Shown: one piece after another, positions 18,072 through 28,476 of the stretch
Numbering within the stretch: the first letter of the stretch is position 1
Layout of the letters: each line of letters begins with the position of its first letter
Source: an uncultured Actinomycetes bacterium
GTDB lineage: Bacteria; Actinomycetota; UBA4738; JBBDTT01
Assembly (NCBI GenBank): GCA_963742735.1
Contig: CAVUMN010000004.1
Span: 128,001 to 192,000, forward strand
DNA: 64,000 bases
Direction of reading: 5' to 3'
Translations under genes and position numbers: made by a program
The notes under the pieces: generated by a model
Told to the model about the DNA's origin: nothing
The model's input: the letters and a program-made list of their open reading frames with translations, nothing else
Databases searched by the model: none

Positions 18072-19823
18072 TCAGCAGGGAAGGTCGAAGGTGTCGCAGA
18101 TCGCCCCGGCCGGATCAGTGGTGTAGGCGGCGCCCGTCGGCGGCATCCCGGGGGGCTGGGGCCGCCCGACCCGAACCATCGGGATCGACAGCCACGACGG
18201 CGCGTCCACCTCGTGGTGGACGAAGAAGGGATCCAGGCCCGGCGCGGGGAGCGCGACCGCCACGTCCGACGAGGCGATCGTCAGAACCAGCCGGCTGCCG
18301 GGGTCGATCCGGTGGGCCGAGATCGACATCGGCACGCGAACCGCCCGCGGCGTCGGCCCGAGTCCGGTGAGACCGATCCGGGCGTGCGAGAACTCGTGGG
18401 ACGACCCGTCCGCCGCGAGCTCGGAGAGCCCCAGGTTCAGCTGTCCCGTCCCCGCGGAGGAGGCGTTCGTCGAGGAGACGACGATCGTGGCCCACGGCTC
18501 GCCGGTGATCTCCGCCGCCGACTCGAACGGCGCCGTGCGGTAGAGCAGCCGCGCCCCCGGCACCTCCGTGTCGTTGACGCTCGGGACGAGGAACCCCACG
18601 CCGGGTACCTCGGGGCCACTCGAGACGACGGGCAGGTTCCGGAGCTCCTGGGGCGAACCGCCCGGTCGCGGACCCAGTTCGCCCTCCCCGTCGCGCGACA
18701 GATAGAGGCGCCGCGTTCGCGTGCCCGGGATCGGCCACTCCCGCTCGAGCCGGAACTCGCCGTTCGACCACTCCTGCGCCAGGGCCACCGGCGCCGACCG
18801 GAGCGAGGGACCGTCCGCGATCTGGTGCCGGATCCACGCGAACAGGTCACCGACCACGGCCAGGTTTCCGCCGACGTCCCCGTGGGAGTCGTTCGAGATC
18901 GTCAGGCGGACGTCCTTGCCGTACAGGACGTCGCGAGGGTCCGAGGCCCGCCGGCGCAGCTGCCGGTACGCGGCGGTCGTGAGCCGAGGGGGCACCGTGC
19001 GGTCGTAGAAGCTCGTCACCGCGTAGACGGGGACGTCGATCCGGCCGAATCGATGGGCGACGTCGAGCAGGACGCCGGGGACCCGGCTGCGGCGGCCCTC
19101 GGTCAGGCACGGTCCCATGCCCTGAACGACCGCCGGGTTCAGTCGCGTCTCCACGGCCACCTGGGCGTCGAACCACGAGCACGTCCCGTCCTCCAGGTAT
19201 CCCGTCGGGCCCTGGACCGGCACGACCGCGTCGACCCACCGCCCGCCCGCGTCACACGGAACCCGGGAGTCGAACCGCGCCGCCCGCCCCGCGCCGCAGT
19301 TGTAGATCGCTGCGGTCCACGCGAGCCAGCCCCCCTGTGAGATCCCGTAGACGGCGGTCTTGGTCGGACGGACGTTCGCGTGCCACCACCGCAGCACCGC
19401 GGCCTGGTCGGCGATGTCGTCGCGTCCCAGGAACGTCGACTGCCCGCCGGACGCGCCCTGGCCGCGAACGTCGTAGCTCAGCACGTACAGGCCCGCCCCC
19501 GCGGCCGTGTACATGTCGGGGAGCGTGATCTCCTTGCTGAACCCGAAGCCGTGGGCGATGACCACGCCGGCGCATCCCTCCAGGCCCGGGCACGACGCAG
19601 GCACGAACAGCCGCGCCGCCAGGTGCACCCCGCTGCTCCACCCCGGCGAGCAGATCACCAACTCCTCGTCGTGGAAGCCGTACAGCTGGTCCTGCGCCTG
19701 GCTGGCCGGCGTGGCCGGCGGGCGGGGTGTGGGCACGCACACCTCCTGCGCCCGCGCCGTGGACGGAACCGACGCGATGAGGGCGACCAGGACCAGCAGG
19801 TGAGCGAGAGGGCGAACGCGCAT
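18072..19823 (-). CDS. Secreted CocE/NonD (peptidase S15) family hydrolase
   Basis: Signal peptide; YDVRGQGASGG, GISQGG; C-terminal PepX-like domain. Confidence 0.85.
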   Translation of the reverse strand: MRVRPLAHLLVLVALIASVPSTARAQEVCVPTPRPPATPASQAQDQLYGFHDEELVICSPGWSSGVHLAARLFVPASCPGLEGCAGVVIAHGFGFSKEITLPDMYTAAGAGLYVLSYDVRGQGASGGQSTFLGRDDIADQAAVLRWWHANVRPTKTAVYGISQGGWLAWTAAIYNCGAGRAARFDSRVPCDAGGRWVDAVVPVQGPTGYLEDGTCSWFDAQVAVETRLNPAVVQGMGPCLTEGRRSRVPGVLLDVAHRFGRIDVPVYAVTSFYDRTVPPRLTTAAYRQLRRRASDPRDVLYGKDVRLTISNDSHGDVGGNLAVVGDLFAWIRHQIADGPSLRSAPVALAQEWSNGEFRLEREWPIPGTRTRRLYLSRDGEGELGPRPGGSPQELRNLPVVSSGPEVPGVGFLVPSVNDTEVPGARLLYRTAPFESAAEITGEPWATIVVSSTNASSAGTGQLNLGLSELAADGSSHEFSHARIGLTGLGPTPRAVRVPMSISAHRIDPGSRLVLTIASSDVAVALPAPGLDPFFVHHEVDAPSWLSIPMVRVGRPQPPGMPPTGAAYTTDPAGAICDTFDLPC

Positions 19824-19863
19824 CGGTGACGAGCTTCGCCCCGGCCGGCTGGTGTTCCTTCCC

Positions 19864-20244
19864 CTAGGCGGAGCCGGCCGCGAGCTGTGACCCCACGGCG
19901 TCCCGCAGGGCCTCCACGGCGGACAACGGCCGGACCATCACGGTGAAGTCCTCGATCAGGCCCTGCGCGTCGAACCGCACCAGGTCGATCCCCTCGCCCT
20001 CGCGATCCCCGATGCGAAAGCGGAAATGCAGGACCTCGGCGCCGTCGTCGGAGGCGTACTCGCCCACGTAGCGGAAGTCCTCGAACGTCCGGAGCAGGAC
20101 CGCGAACAGCAGGCTCACGGCGTCCAAGCCCTCGAACGGCTTGAACGTCACGGGGCTGTGCAGGACGACCGACGGCGAGAGCCGCCCGATCGCCGCCTCC
20201 AGGTCCCTCGCCTCGACGGCTTGCTTGAACGCGTCCGACCTCAT
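19864..20244 (-). CDS. NTF2/SnoaL-like protein
   Basis: LHSPVTFKPFEG, FTVMVRPLS; ATGA overlap. Confidence 0.88.
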   Translation of the reverse strand: MRSDAFKQAVEARDLEAAIGRLSPSVVLHSPVTFKPFEGLDAVSLLFAVLLRTFEDFRYVGEYASDDGAEVLHFRFRIGDREGEGIDLVRFDAQGLIEDFTVMVRPLSAVEALRDAVGSQLAAGSA

Positions 20245-21500
20245 CCGGCGCCTCCCTCGCGCATCGCCACGTTCGACCGCTTCCATTCATCGCGTTCCAG
20301 GAGCAACGAGACGGCCACGCCCAGAACCAGCGACCAGAAGAACTGGCTGAGGCCGAAGAGCGTCATCTTCGAGAGGGCGATCACGAACGCGAACAGCGGC
20401 CCGAGCACCAGCGGGCCACGCGTGATCTCGTGCAGTGCCGCGGCGAGCACCCCGATCAGAGCCAGGCCTGCCAGGGCCAGGAGCAGCGGCGGTGGCACCA
20501 GGACGGCCACGGCGCTGGCCGTTCCCGACAGCAGGGCGATGACCAACAGCGCGACCGCGGGCAGGTAGACCGACCGGTACCGGATGGCCTGCTCCCCCGC
20601 GCCCGGGCCGGACGTCAGCGGCACGAGGGGAAGCGCCAGAGAGAGCGCGTTCGGCCCCAGGAACGACGCCAGCATCGTCCCGACGCCGCTCACGACATCG
20701 AGCATGCGTTCCGGCGGCTCGTAGCCCTGGCTCCGCATGTACACCACCGACGGGAGGTTCGACTGCAACGTGATCAGCGCCACGATGATGGGCATGACCG
20801 TCGCCACCGCCGCCGGCGAGAACTCCGGCCGGGTGAAGGTGAGGTCCGCCAGCTGGACGGCCGCGGGCAGGGCGCCGAACGAGCCGGTGACCCCCGCGGC
20901 GACCAGCCCGGCCGCCAGCGCGGGAAGGATCGGGGGGACTCGTGGACCGAGGAACCGCCGGCTCAGCAGGTAGGCGACCAGGGCAGCGCCCACCATCACG
21001 GGAATATCTCCGTTCAGCGGGGCGCCCGCGGGGTCGGCAGTGCTGAGCCCCGAGAAGATGTCGATCACGAAGGGCATGACCGCGCCCGCGATGAGTCCCT
21101 GGACGATCGGCGCGGGGATCCACGCGGCCAGATGCTTCGTGAGACCCAAGGCCGCCGCGACCACCACGACGGCGCCGGCGATCAGCGACGCGCCGGAAAG
21201 CTCCGCGAACCCGAGCTGATGCCCGAGCGACGCGAAGAAGATGATCGCGAAGACGTTCCCGGTCAGCAGGAGTGGCTGCCGGTAGCGGATCGACAGCAGG
21301 ACGCTCGGGATGGCCGGAATCCCGTAGAGCGCGACGATCCAGCTGCTGGTGTGCGCCGGGTCGAGCCGGAGCCCCTTCGGACCCGCCCCCGTCAGGACGA
21401 TGCTGAGCACGGCGACGAAGAGGATGGTGACCGGAACCGCCGCAGCCAGCGCCGGAGCGTTCCGCCGAAGGCCCCCCGCCTCACTCGCCCCTGAGGACAT
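20241..21500 (-). CDS. Benzoate/H+ symporter BenE family transporter
   Basis: Multi-TM; LSIRYRQP, IPAPIVQG, SNLP, FWSLVLG. Confidence 0.85.
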   Translation of the reverse strand: MSSGASEAGGLRRNAPALAAAVPVTILFVAVLSIVLTGAGPKGLRLDPAHTSSWIVALYGIPAIPSVLLSIRYRQPLLLTGNVFAIIFFASLGHQLGFAELSGASLIAGAVVVVAAALGLTKHLAAWIPAPIVQGLIAGAVMPFVIDIFSGLSTADPAGAPLNGDIPVMVGAALVAYLLSRRFLGPRVPPILPALAAGLVAAGVTGSFGALPAAVQLADLTFTRPEFSPAAVATVMPIIVALITLQSNLPSVVYMRSQGYEPPERMLDVVSGVGTMLASFLGPNALSLALPLVPLTSGPGAGEQAIRYRSVYLPAVALLVIALLSGTASAVAVLVPPPLLLALAGLALIGVLAAALHEITRGPLVLGPLFAFVIALSKMTLFGLSQFFWSLVLGVAVSLLLERDEWKRSNVAMREGGAG

Positions 21501-21575
21501 GGTCGCTCACGTTACCCGCCCACGTCCCCCTCCGGAGGTCGAGGATCAGCTCGCCCAACCGCCTCGCCCGACCTG

Positions 21576-21917
21576 TCACGCGCCCAGGTGCTCCGCGGCG
21601 ACGCGCTTCGGAACGACCATCCGCCACGCTTCGATGACGATCTCGCGCATCTCGACGTCGTCGATCGCGGCCATCCGGACCTCGACCCAGTGGTATCGAA
21701 GGTCACCGGCCGAGGGCATCAGGAACTTCTCGGGCTCGGAGGCGACGAGCGCCTCGCGCTCCTCTTTCGGGAAGGCGAACCCCATCTGCGACTCGTCGCG
21801 CGAGAACGCTAGGTAGACGATCCGCCCCACCCGGAACTTCACGCGGTCCCGGACCACCGCCTCGTACGACCGCGGCAAGCTCAACGCGAGTTCGCGAACG
21901 CTCTCGATCGTCGCCAC
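21576..21917 (-). CDS. MmcQ/YjbR family protein
   Basis: VRELALSLP, KFRVGRIVY, EAWRMVVPKR. Confidence 0.88.
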   Translation of the reverse strand: MATIESVRELALSLPRSYEAVVRDRVKFRVGRIVYLAFSRDESQMGFAFPKEEREALVASEPEKFLMPSAGDLRYHWVEVRMAAIDDVEMREIVIEAWRMVVPKRVAAEHLGA

Positions 21918-21920
21918 CGA

Positions 21921-22694
21921 CTAGCCGTTTCTCAACCGAACCGGCAGCCGCCCGTGGAGCACCACTCCGGCAGCAACGATGGCCATCCCGAAAAGAAGGC
22001 CCATGACAAATCCCAGCTGCCACATCTCGCCGAACCCGTTTCCCCACCAACCGTTGTACGTGCCGACGAACCGGAGAGAGACCCCGGCTATCGGCACCAT
22101 CAGCAGCCACCAACGGCCGACGGCGAGCGAGATGACGAAGAGGGCCGCCAGCATCAGAAACCAGCCGAACCCGCCACCGGTCGAATTGTCGAGATCGAGG
22201 CCGAGCGAAACCAGCTCGGCAGAATCGCGCGGAGCCTTCACGAGCGCGGTCGCGAATCGATCCGCCAGCGCCGCATCGTCGGCGAAGATCACGACGGTCA
22301 CGCCGGGGTGATAGATCTCCAGGCGCCGCCCACCCTCGTAGCTCGTCGCCGGCACGCCCGACACCGTGATGTCCGTGCCGGGCAGCGCAGGCTTCCTCCA
22401 CGCGTCTGCGGGCCAGCTCTGAATGTCGATCGGTGGGCCGCACGGGGTTCCCCCCTGCGGAGTGCAGTCTCCGTACGAGAACGAGACGGGGCCCGGGCCC
22501 TCGAGTCCATCGCCCTCGGGCGTATCGCAGCGGGTCGCCGCGTAGCTCAGGTCGAGCCCGTCGAAGGAGGCGCCGGCCCAATAGGGATCCAGGTCATTCG
22601 GAAAGGACGTGCACGCGAACTGAACAGACCCGCCCGACGAACACCCTCCCAGGGTGAGGAGCACGACGAGAAGCGGGCGGAGCTGGCGCCTCAC
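21921..22694 (-). CDS. Hypothetical lipoprotein with C-terminal TM helices
   Basis: Lipobox LGGC; hydrophobic C-terminus. Confidence 0.65.
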   Translation of the reverse strand: MRRQLRPLLVVLLTLGGCSSGGSVQFACTSFPNDLDPYWAGASFDGLDLSYAATRCDTPEGDGLEGPGPVSFSYGDCTPQGGTPCGPPIDIQSWPADAWRKPALPGTDITVSGVPATSYEGGRRLEIYHPGVTVVIFADDAALADRFATALVKAPRDSAELVSLGLDLDNSTGGGFGWFLMLAALFVISLAVGRWWLLMVPIAGVSLRFVGTYNGWWGNGFGEMWQLGFVMGLLFGMAIVAAGVVLHGRLPVRLRNG

Positions 22695-22704
22695 GCCCGC
22701 GACT

Positions 22705-24273
22705 CTATCCCTCGATGCTGACCGTCACGGCCGGGCCGGGCTCGCTCGCGTCGGCGTCCTCGTCCACTCGCGCGCGGACCTTGCGAAGCATGACCACCGC
22801 GAGGATGCCGATGCCGATCGCCAGGGCGGCGCTGATCGCCGCGGTCAGGCGCATCCCGTTCACGAAGGCCGTGCGCGCCGCCTCGAGCACCCCGCCGGCG
22901 AGGTCACCCGGAAGCTGGCCGGCCACCTCCACCGCGCCGCCCAGCGTGTCGCGCGCGGCCTCCGCCGCCGCGGGCGGTACGCCGGCGGGGAGCGTGCTCG
23001 CCACCTCGCTCCGGTAGATGGCGGTCCCGATGCTGCCGAGGATCGCGATGCCGAGGGCCCCGCCGAGCTCGGCGCTCGTCTCGGAGATTCCGGAGGCCGC
23101 TCCGGTTCGCTCCGGCGGCGCGCTCCCCACGGCGAGCTCCGTCGCCAGCGTCACCACGGGAGCCAGGGCCAGGGCGATCACCCCCGACGCGACCGCGATC
23201 AGCAGCAGTTCCGACGACAGGCCGACCTGCGTGAGCGCCGCGAGCGACGCGGCGGTCAGGCTCAGTCCGGCGCCCATGATCACCCACGGAGGCGCACGGT
23301 GGATCACGTGCGGCGCCACCAGCGACCCGATGATGAACCCCGCGCCGGAGGGCAGTGACCACAGGCCCGCCTCCAGCGGAGAGAGCCCCAGCACCAGCTG
23401 CAAGTACTGAGCGATGAACAGGAAGTAGCCGAACGCCACGAAGATGCTGAGCATGTACGTGACCAGCGAGGCGCTGAATGCCGGGATCTTGAACAGGCCC
23501 AGGTCGATCATCGGGTCGGGCAGCCGTCGCTGGCGCCGCACGAACAGAACGCCGACGACGACTCCCGCCACTGCGAACATCGCCGGGACGGCGCCGAAGC
23601 CGTCCTGGGCGATCTGCTTCAGGGCGTAGATGAGCGAGAGCAGCGCCGCGAGGGACATCGCCGCGCTCACCAGGTCCAGCCGTCCGGCCTCAGGATCACT
23701 GAACTCCGGCAGCACCCGCGGGCCGAGGACGAGCAGGATCGCCATCACCGGCAGCGCCAGGAGGAAGACCGAGCCCCACCAGAAGCTCTCCAGCAGCACC
23801 CCACCGAGCAATGGGCCGATCGCCCCGCCGGCCGAGAAGCTGGCGATCCAGAAGCCGATCGCCACCGACCGCTGCTTGGGGTCCAGGAACATGTTGAAGA
23901 TCAGCGAGAGGGTCGAGGGCGCGAGCGTGGCCCCGGCGATCCCCATGAGGGCTCGGCTGGCGATGAGCATCTCGGCGTTGACCGAGAGCGCCGCCAGCAC
24001 CGAGGCCAGCCCGAACGCCGCCGCGCCGATCATGAGCAGTCGCCGGCGGCCGATACGGTCGCCGAGCGTGCCCATCGTGATCAACGAGCCGGCCACCAGG
24101 AACCCGTACACGTCGATGATCCAGAGGAGCTGGGCACTGCTCGGCCGGAGGTCGGCGCTCAGGCGGGGCACCGCCAGATGCAGCACGGTCAGGTCCATCG
24201 CGTAGACCAGGCACGCAAGGAGAAGGACGCCGAGGCCGATCCACTCTCGGCGTCCGGCTCGAGCGGTGGGCAC
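22705..24273 (-). CDS. DHA2-type MFS drug efflux transporter
   Basis: MDLTVLHLAVP, LLWIIDVYGF, GTLGDRIGRRRLL; start overlaps permease stop. Confidence 0.92.
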   Translation of the reverse strand: MPTARAGRREWIGLGVLLLACLVYAMDLTVLHLAVPRLSADLRPSSAQLLWIIDVYGFLVAGSLITMGTLGDRIGRRRLLMIGAAAFGLASVLAALSVNAEMLIASRALMGIAGATLAPSTLSLIFNMFLDPKQRSVAIGFWIASFSAGGAIGPLLGGVLLESFWWGSVFLLALPVMAILLVLGPRVLPEFSDPEAGRLDLVSAAMSLAALLSLIYALKQIAQDGFGAVPAMFAVAGVVVGVLFVRRQRRLPDPMIDLGLFKIPAFSASLVTYMLSIFVAFGYFLFIAQYLQLVLGLSPLEAGLWSLPSGAGFIIGSLVAPHVIHRAPPWVIMGAGLSLTAASLAALTQVGLSSELLLIAVASGVIALALAPVVTLATELAVGSAPPERTGAASGISETSAELGGALGIAILGSIGTAIYRSEVASTLPAGVPPAAAEAARDTLGGAVEVAGQLPGDLAGGVLEAARTAFVNGMRLTAAISAALAIGIGILAVVMLRKVRARVDEDADASEPGPAVTVSIEG

Positions 24274-25073
24274 TACCGCGAGGCGGCCTTGTTGTACTGG
24301 CGGATGGAGAGCGGGACGAAGATCGCCAGGATGATCCCGACCCAGATCAGCGTGTACGCCACCGGATGCTGCAGCGACCACACGTCCGGCGCCGGGTCCG
24401 AGCCGGTGTTGCCGAACGCCTCGCGGACCGATTGCGCCAGCGACGACACCGGGTTCCACTCCGCGAACACCCGCAGCGGCCCGGGCAGCGCGTCGCTGCG
24501 CACGAAGGTGTTCGCGATGAACGTCAGCGGAAAGATGAACATGAATGACGCGTTGTTCACGACCTCGACGCTCGGGACCTTCAGCCCCACCCACGCCATG
24601 ATCCAGGAGAAGGCGTAGGAGAACAGCAGGAGCAGCAGGAACCCGCGGACCGCGTCGATCGGACCGGTCCGAATACGCCACCCCACGATCAGCCCGGCGA
24701 TGGTCATCACCAGGATCGAGATCGAGTTGTAGGAGATGTCGCTGGCCGTCCGCCCGATGAGCACGGCGGAGCGAGCCATCGGCAGCGAGCGGAACCGGTC
24801 GATGATCCCCTTGGTCATGTCCTCCGCCAGGCCGGCCCCGGTGAAGGTCGACCCGAAGATCACGGTCTGCGCGAAGACGCCGGCCAGCAGGAACTCGCGG
24901 TAGCTGGCTCCGGGGATCTCGATCGACTGGCCGAACACGTACGCGAAGAGCAGCACGAACATGATCGGCGACATGGTGGTCCAGATCAGGACCTCGGGGA
25001 CCCGCTTGATCTTGATGAGGTTCCGCTTGGCGACGATCGCGCCGTCGCTCAGGGCCAGGGCCACCCGGCTCAT
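24273..25073 (-). CDS. ABC-2 exporter permease (DrrB-like)
   Basis: GIIDRFRSLPMARSAVL, FAEWNPVS. Confidence 0.92.
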   Translation of the reverse strand: MSRVALALSDGAIVAKRNLIKIKRVPEVLIWTTMSPIMFVLLFAYVFGQSIEIPGASYREFLLAGVFAQTVIFGSTFTGAGLAEDMTKGIIDRFRSLPMARSAVLIGRTASDISYNSISILVMTIAGLIVGWRIRTGPIDAVRGFLLLLLFSYAFSWIMAWVGLKVPSVEVVNNASFMFIFPLTFIANTFVRSDALPGPLRVFAEWNPVSSLAQSVREAFGNTGSDPAPDVWSLQHPVAYTLIWVGIILAIFVPLSIRQYNKAASR

Positions 25074-26098
25074 CGAACCGCCTCCTTCGTACGGGAGCCG
25101 CGTTTCCCGTCGACCGCGCCGCCCTCAGGCTCGGGCTCCTGTCCGTCCTCCACGGCGTGGCCGGTCAGCGACAGGAACACGTCGTCCAGCGTGGGGCGAC
25201 GAAGCCCCACGTCGACGACCTTCACCTTCCCGGTCTTCAGCTTCTGCAGGACCTCGCGCAGGGTGTCGGCGCCGCCGGTCACGGCCGCGGTCACCCGGCG
25301 GGTCTGCTCGTCCACCTGCACGTCGCCAAGACACTGGGCGCCGAGGATGGAACGCGCCTTCGCGATGTGGGACGCGGCGGAGACCACGACCTCGATCCGC
25401 TCTCCGCCGATCTCGGTCTTGAGCTGGTCGGCCGTCCCCTGCGCGATCTTGTGCCCTCGGTCGATGACCACGATGTCGTCGGCCAGCCGGTCGGCCTCCT
25501 CCATGTACTGGGTGGTGAGCAGCACGGTCGATCCGCCGCGGGCGAGCTCAAGGATGGTGTCCCACATCTGGGCCCGGCTCCGAGGATCGAGCCCGGTGGT
25601 CGGCTCGTCGAGGAACAGGACCTCCGGCTCAGCCACCAGGGCCGCGGCCAGGTCCAGACGGCGGCGCATCCCGCCCGAGTAGGTCTTCACCGGACGGTCG
25701 CCGGCCTCGTCGAGGTCGAACCGATCCAGCAGCTCGCGGGCGCGCGTCTGGGACTTCTGGCGGCCCAGGTGATACAGGCGTCCGACCATGTCGAGGTTCT
25801 CGTAGCCGGTCAGGTGCTCGTCGACGGCCGCGTTCTGGCCCGACAGGCCGATCCGCTCCCGGACCTTGTCCGGCTCGGCCACGACGTCGATGCCTGCCAC
25901 GTGCACCCTCCCGCCGTCGGGCTGGAGCAGCGTCGTGAGGATCCGGATGGCCGTCGTCTTCCCGGCCCCGTTCGGACCAAGGAGTCCGAGGACCGATCCC
26001 GTGGGCACGACCAGGTCCAGGCCGTCCAGCGCCGTGACGTCGCCGTAGCGTTTGACGAGCCCCTCGGTCCGAATCATCTCGGTCGCGTCAGACCGCAT
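25070..26098 (-). CDS. ABC exporter ATP-binding subunit (DrrA-like)
   Basis: GPNGAGKTT, YSGGMRRR, LFLDEPTTGLDP. Confidence 0.95.
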   Translation of the reverse strand: MRSDATEMIRTEGLVKRYGDVTALDGLDLVVPTGSVLGLLGPNGAGKTTAIRILTTLLQPDGGRVHVAGIDVVAEPDKVRERIGLSGQNAAVDEHLTGYENLDMVGRLYHLGRQKSQTRARELLDRFDLDEAGDRPVKTYSGGMRRRLDLAAALVAEPEVLFLDEPTTGLDPRSRAQMWDTILELARGGSTVLLTTQYMEEADRLADDIVVIDRGHKIAQGTADQLKTEIGGERIEVVVSAASHIAKARSILGAQCLGDVQVDEQTRRVTAAVTGGADTLREVLQKLKTGKVKVVDVGLRRPTLDDVFLSLTGHAVEDGQEPEPEGGAVDGKRGSRTKEAVR

Positions 26099-26208
26099 CT
26101 CCACCTCCCCCTGGAGACCGACGCGGGCCCGGCCTCGAATCCGTTCGCAAGATGCACAGCCTATTCGGACCGTCAACAAAGGCCGGTCGCCCCGAGGGGG
26201 CCGGTGCG

Positions 26209-26529
26209 TTACGCGGCCTGGTCGGAGGGCGCGATGAGAACCTCCTCGTCCACCACCTCGACGTGATAGGCGTTCACCGGGGTCGGAGGTGGCCCCGCCA
26301 GCACCTCGCCGGTCGCCATGTCGAACGTCCCGCCGTGACACGGGCAGACGATCGACGAACCGTCCACGTGACCCTCCGAGAGCGAGCAGCCCTGGTGGGT
26401 ACAGGTGTCATCGAACGCATACAGCCGATCGCCGGCCTTGACGACCGCGATCCGAAGGCCGCCGACGTCCACCGCCCGCGGCTCCCCTTCGTCGAACTCG
26501 CCCGTGCTTCCTACCGAGATGAGGTCCAT
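26209..26529 (-). CDS. Rieske [2Fe-2S] ferredoxin
   Basis: CTH...CPCHG. Confidence 0.93.
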   Translation of the reverse strand: MDLISVGSTGEFDEGEPRAVDVGGLRIAVVKAGDRLYAFDDTCTHQGCSLSEGHVDGSSIVCPCHGGTFDMATGEVLAGPPPTPVNAYHVEVVDEEVLIAPSDQAA

Positions 26530-27188
26530 GCCAGTGCCTCCCTTGGGTTTGTGGAACGTTCGCGCGGGCGGTCGAGCAGCATCATCGAGGTGAGCAACAC
26601 CATCCAGACGAGGCTCTCCATGCCGAACGCGAAGGAGAGCACCATCACCCCCCAGCAGCGACGCACGCGATCAAGCCCGTGGATCGCGCCGGCGCCGAAC
26701 CATCCCCACCCCGCGGGCGGCTCGGGGACGGCCGGCGGCCGCACCACGTGGCCCCTCCGCAGCGCGGAGACCTCGAAGCCCACCGCGACCGACACCAGGC
26801 CCAGGCTCACCAGCCACGGGTTCGCGGTCAGGAACGACGATCCGTCCACCACGGCGTGCACCAGCGCGTCGCCGGCGAAGGCGAGCGCGCCGAACGCCGA
26901 CCAGGTGGCGAAGTACCCCGCCAGGAACACGGGCCCTCGAGCCGCCGACGGCGCTCCGGCCTCGTCGAGCGCCCGAAGGTGAGGAAGGCTCGACGGGACC
27001 ATCATCGCGGCGATCATCACCTGCCAGCCCACGAGCGAGAGCGCGAGGGCGGCCGGCCCGGCGCCGCCCTCCTGGATCAGGCGGTCGTGGGCGAACGCCG
27101 AGCCCGTCCCCGAGACCCAGCCGGCGATCCACAGGCCCCAGCCGAGGACCACCACCGAGCGGCCGAGCGAGGAGGCGGACCGGACCAT
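26511..27188 (-). CDS. DUF2182-like predicted metal-binding membrane protein
   Basis: GWQVMIAAMMVPS, FLAGYFATW, RRCWGVM, GMESLVWM. Confidence 0.8.
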   Translation of the reverse strand: MVRSASSLGRSVVVLGWGLWIAGWVSGTGSAFAHDRLIQEGGAGPAALALSLVGWQVMIAAMMVPSSLPHLRALDEAGAPSAARGPVFLAGYFATWSAFGALAFAGDALVHAVVDGSSFLTANPWLVSLGLVSVAVGFEVSALRRGHVVRPPAVPEPPAGWGWFGAGAIHGLDRVRRCWGVMVLSFAFGMESLVWMVLLTSMMLLDRPRERSTNPREALAWTSSR

Positions 27189-27193
27189 CCCGC

Positions 27194-27742
27194 TCACCAG
27201 ACGATCGCGCAGCCGAACGGCCGCGTGGCGGGCACGGCCACCGTCCGCCCGGCCAGCAGATCCCCGATAGCGTTCTCGAGGTCGGGCGACTCGACCGTCT
27301 CGGCCACGCGCGCGTCGTCGATCCGGCCCTGATACCGCAGCCGCCGCTCGCCGTCGAAGACGAATACGTGCGGCGTGCACACGGCACCGTAGGCGCGGGC
27401 CACGCTCCCGTCGGCGTCCTTGACGTACGGATAGGCCAGCCCGCGCTCGCGCGCGCGGGCGACCATCTCGCCCAGCGTGTCGAACGGCGAGAGATGCGGG
27501 TCATTCGAGTTGATCGCGACGAGCTGCACGCCGCGTTCCGCGTAGGTCTCGTGGAGCCGAATGAGCCGGTCCTCGTAGGCCCGAACGGTGGGACACCCGT
27601 TGCTCGCGAAGACGACCACGAGCACCGGGGCCCCATCGAACGAGGACAGCGAATACCGGCCTCCGTCGGCTCCGGGAAGCTCCCGGAACCCGGGAGCGGA
27701 GCTCCCGAGGTCAAGGCCGAGGGTCGAGGCGAAGGCCGTCAT
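27194..27742 (-). CDS. Thioredoxin-like AhpC/TSA family protein
   Basis: SNGCP, AINSND, YGAVCTP, YQGRIDD, GCAI. Confidence 0.9.
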   Translation of the reverse strand: MTAFASTLGLDLGSSAPGFRELPGADGGRYSLSSFDGAPVLVVVFASNGCPTVRAYEDRLIRLHETYAERGVQLVAINSNDPHLSPFDTLGEMVARARERGLAYPYVKDADGSVARAYGAVCTPHVFVFDGERRLRYQGRIDDARVAETVESPDLENAIGDLLAGRTVAVPATRPFGCAIVW

Positions 27743-27746
27743 CGCC

Positions 27747-28292
27747 TTATGCCGCGAACTTCTCGGGGAACTGGGCGACGATGCCGTCGGCCAGGACGTC
27801 GGCCAGCGTGAGGATCTCGGTCAGGATCTGATCGAACGCCTTCACGTCCGCCTCGTAGTCGCCCTGCAGCCGGGCGACCGCCTCGTCCTTGGTGAGGGAC
27901 AGGTGGATGCTCAGGATGTCGACGACGTCCTTCTTCGCCCAGTGGGAGTTCGCCCCGCTCAGAAGCTCGGCGATCTCCTCCGCGTTGCGGGTCCACTTCG
28001 CGTCCTCCTCGGCGAAGCGCGCGTCCTCTCCCGCCTTGGCCGCGGCAACCAGGTCGACCGCGATCATGATGTGCTGCTTCAGCAGGCCGGTCAGCGCCTC
28101 ACCGGCCTTCTCGCCGTAGAACGGGACGACCGCCGAACCGATGTCCTCTTGGTTCTTCAGCAGCCGCTCCGCGGCGACGCCCGCGTCCGGCGCATCGGCG
28201 ATGGCCGCCACCAGATAGGACCGGGTCCACACGACGTGGTCCGTCCACAGACGGCGAAGCGCCCCGGTCAGGGACCAGATATTCGTGCTCAT
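27747..28292 (-). CDS. Helical protein with spaced His residues, function unknown
   Basis: LRRLWTDHVVWTR, LLKNQEDIG, LKQHI, IHLSLT; GGAGGT RBS. Confidence 0.85.
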   Translation of the reverse strand: MSTNIWSLTGALRRLWTDHVVWTRSYLVAAIADAPDAGVAAERLLKNQEDIGSAVVPFYGEKAGEALTGLLKQHIMIAVDLVAAAKAGEDARFAEEDAKWTRNAEEIAELLSGANSHWAKKDVVDILSIHLSLTKDEAVARLQGDYEADVKAFDQILTEILTLADVLADGIVAQFPEKFAA

Positions 28293-28360
28293 CGACTCAC
28301 CTCCACTGATCGGATCGGCCCTCGCCGATCTCCTCCGCTCTTTGGAGCGGCTCGGTCCCC

Positions 28361-28392
28361 ACCCTAGCCAGCCCTCCACTATTTGTCAATAG
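28361..28392 (-). promoter_or_regulatory. Sigma-A promoter with palindromic operator over the -35
   Basis: Minus strand TTGACA(28389-28384)-17 nt-TAGGGT(28366-28361); CTATT-TGTC-AATAG palindrome 28379-28392. Confidence 0.7.
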
Positions 28393-28476
28393 ATTTTAGT
28401 TTTAGCTTCGGACTTGTGCTTGTTGGCGCGTCCCAAGGCCGCTTTCCACAACGATCATGCCTGCTACAATGGCGGT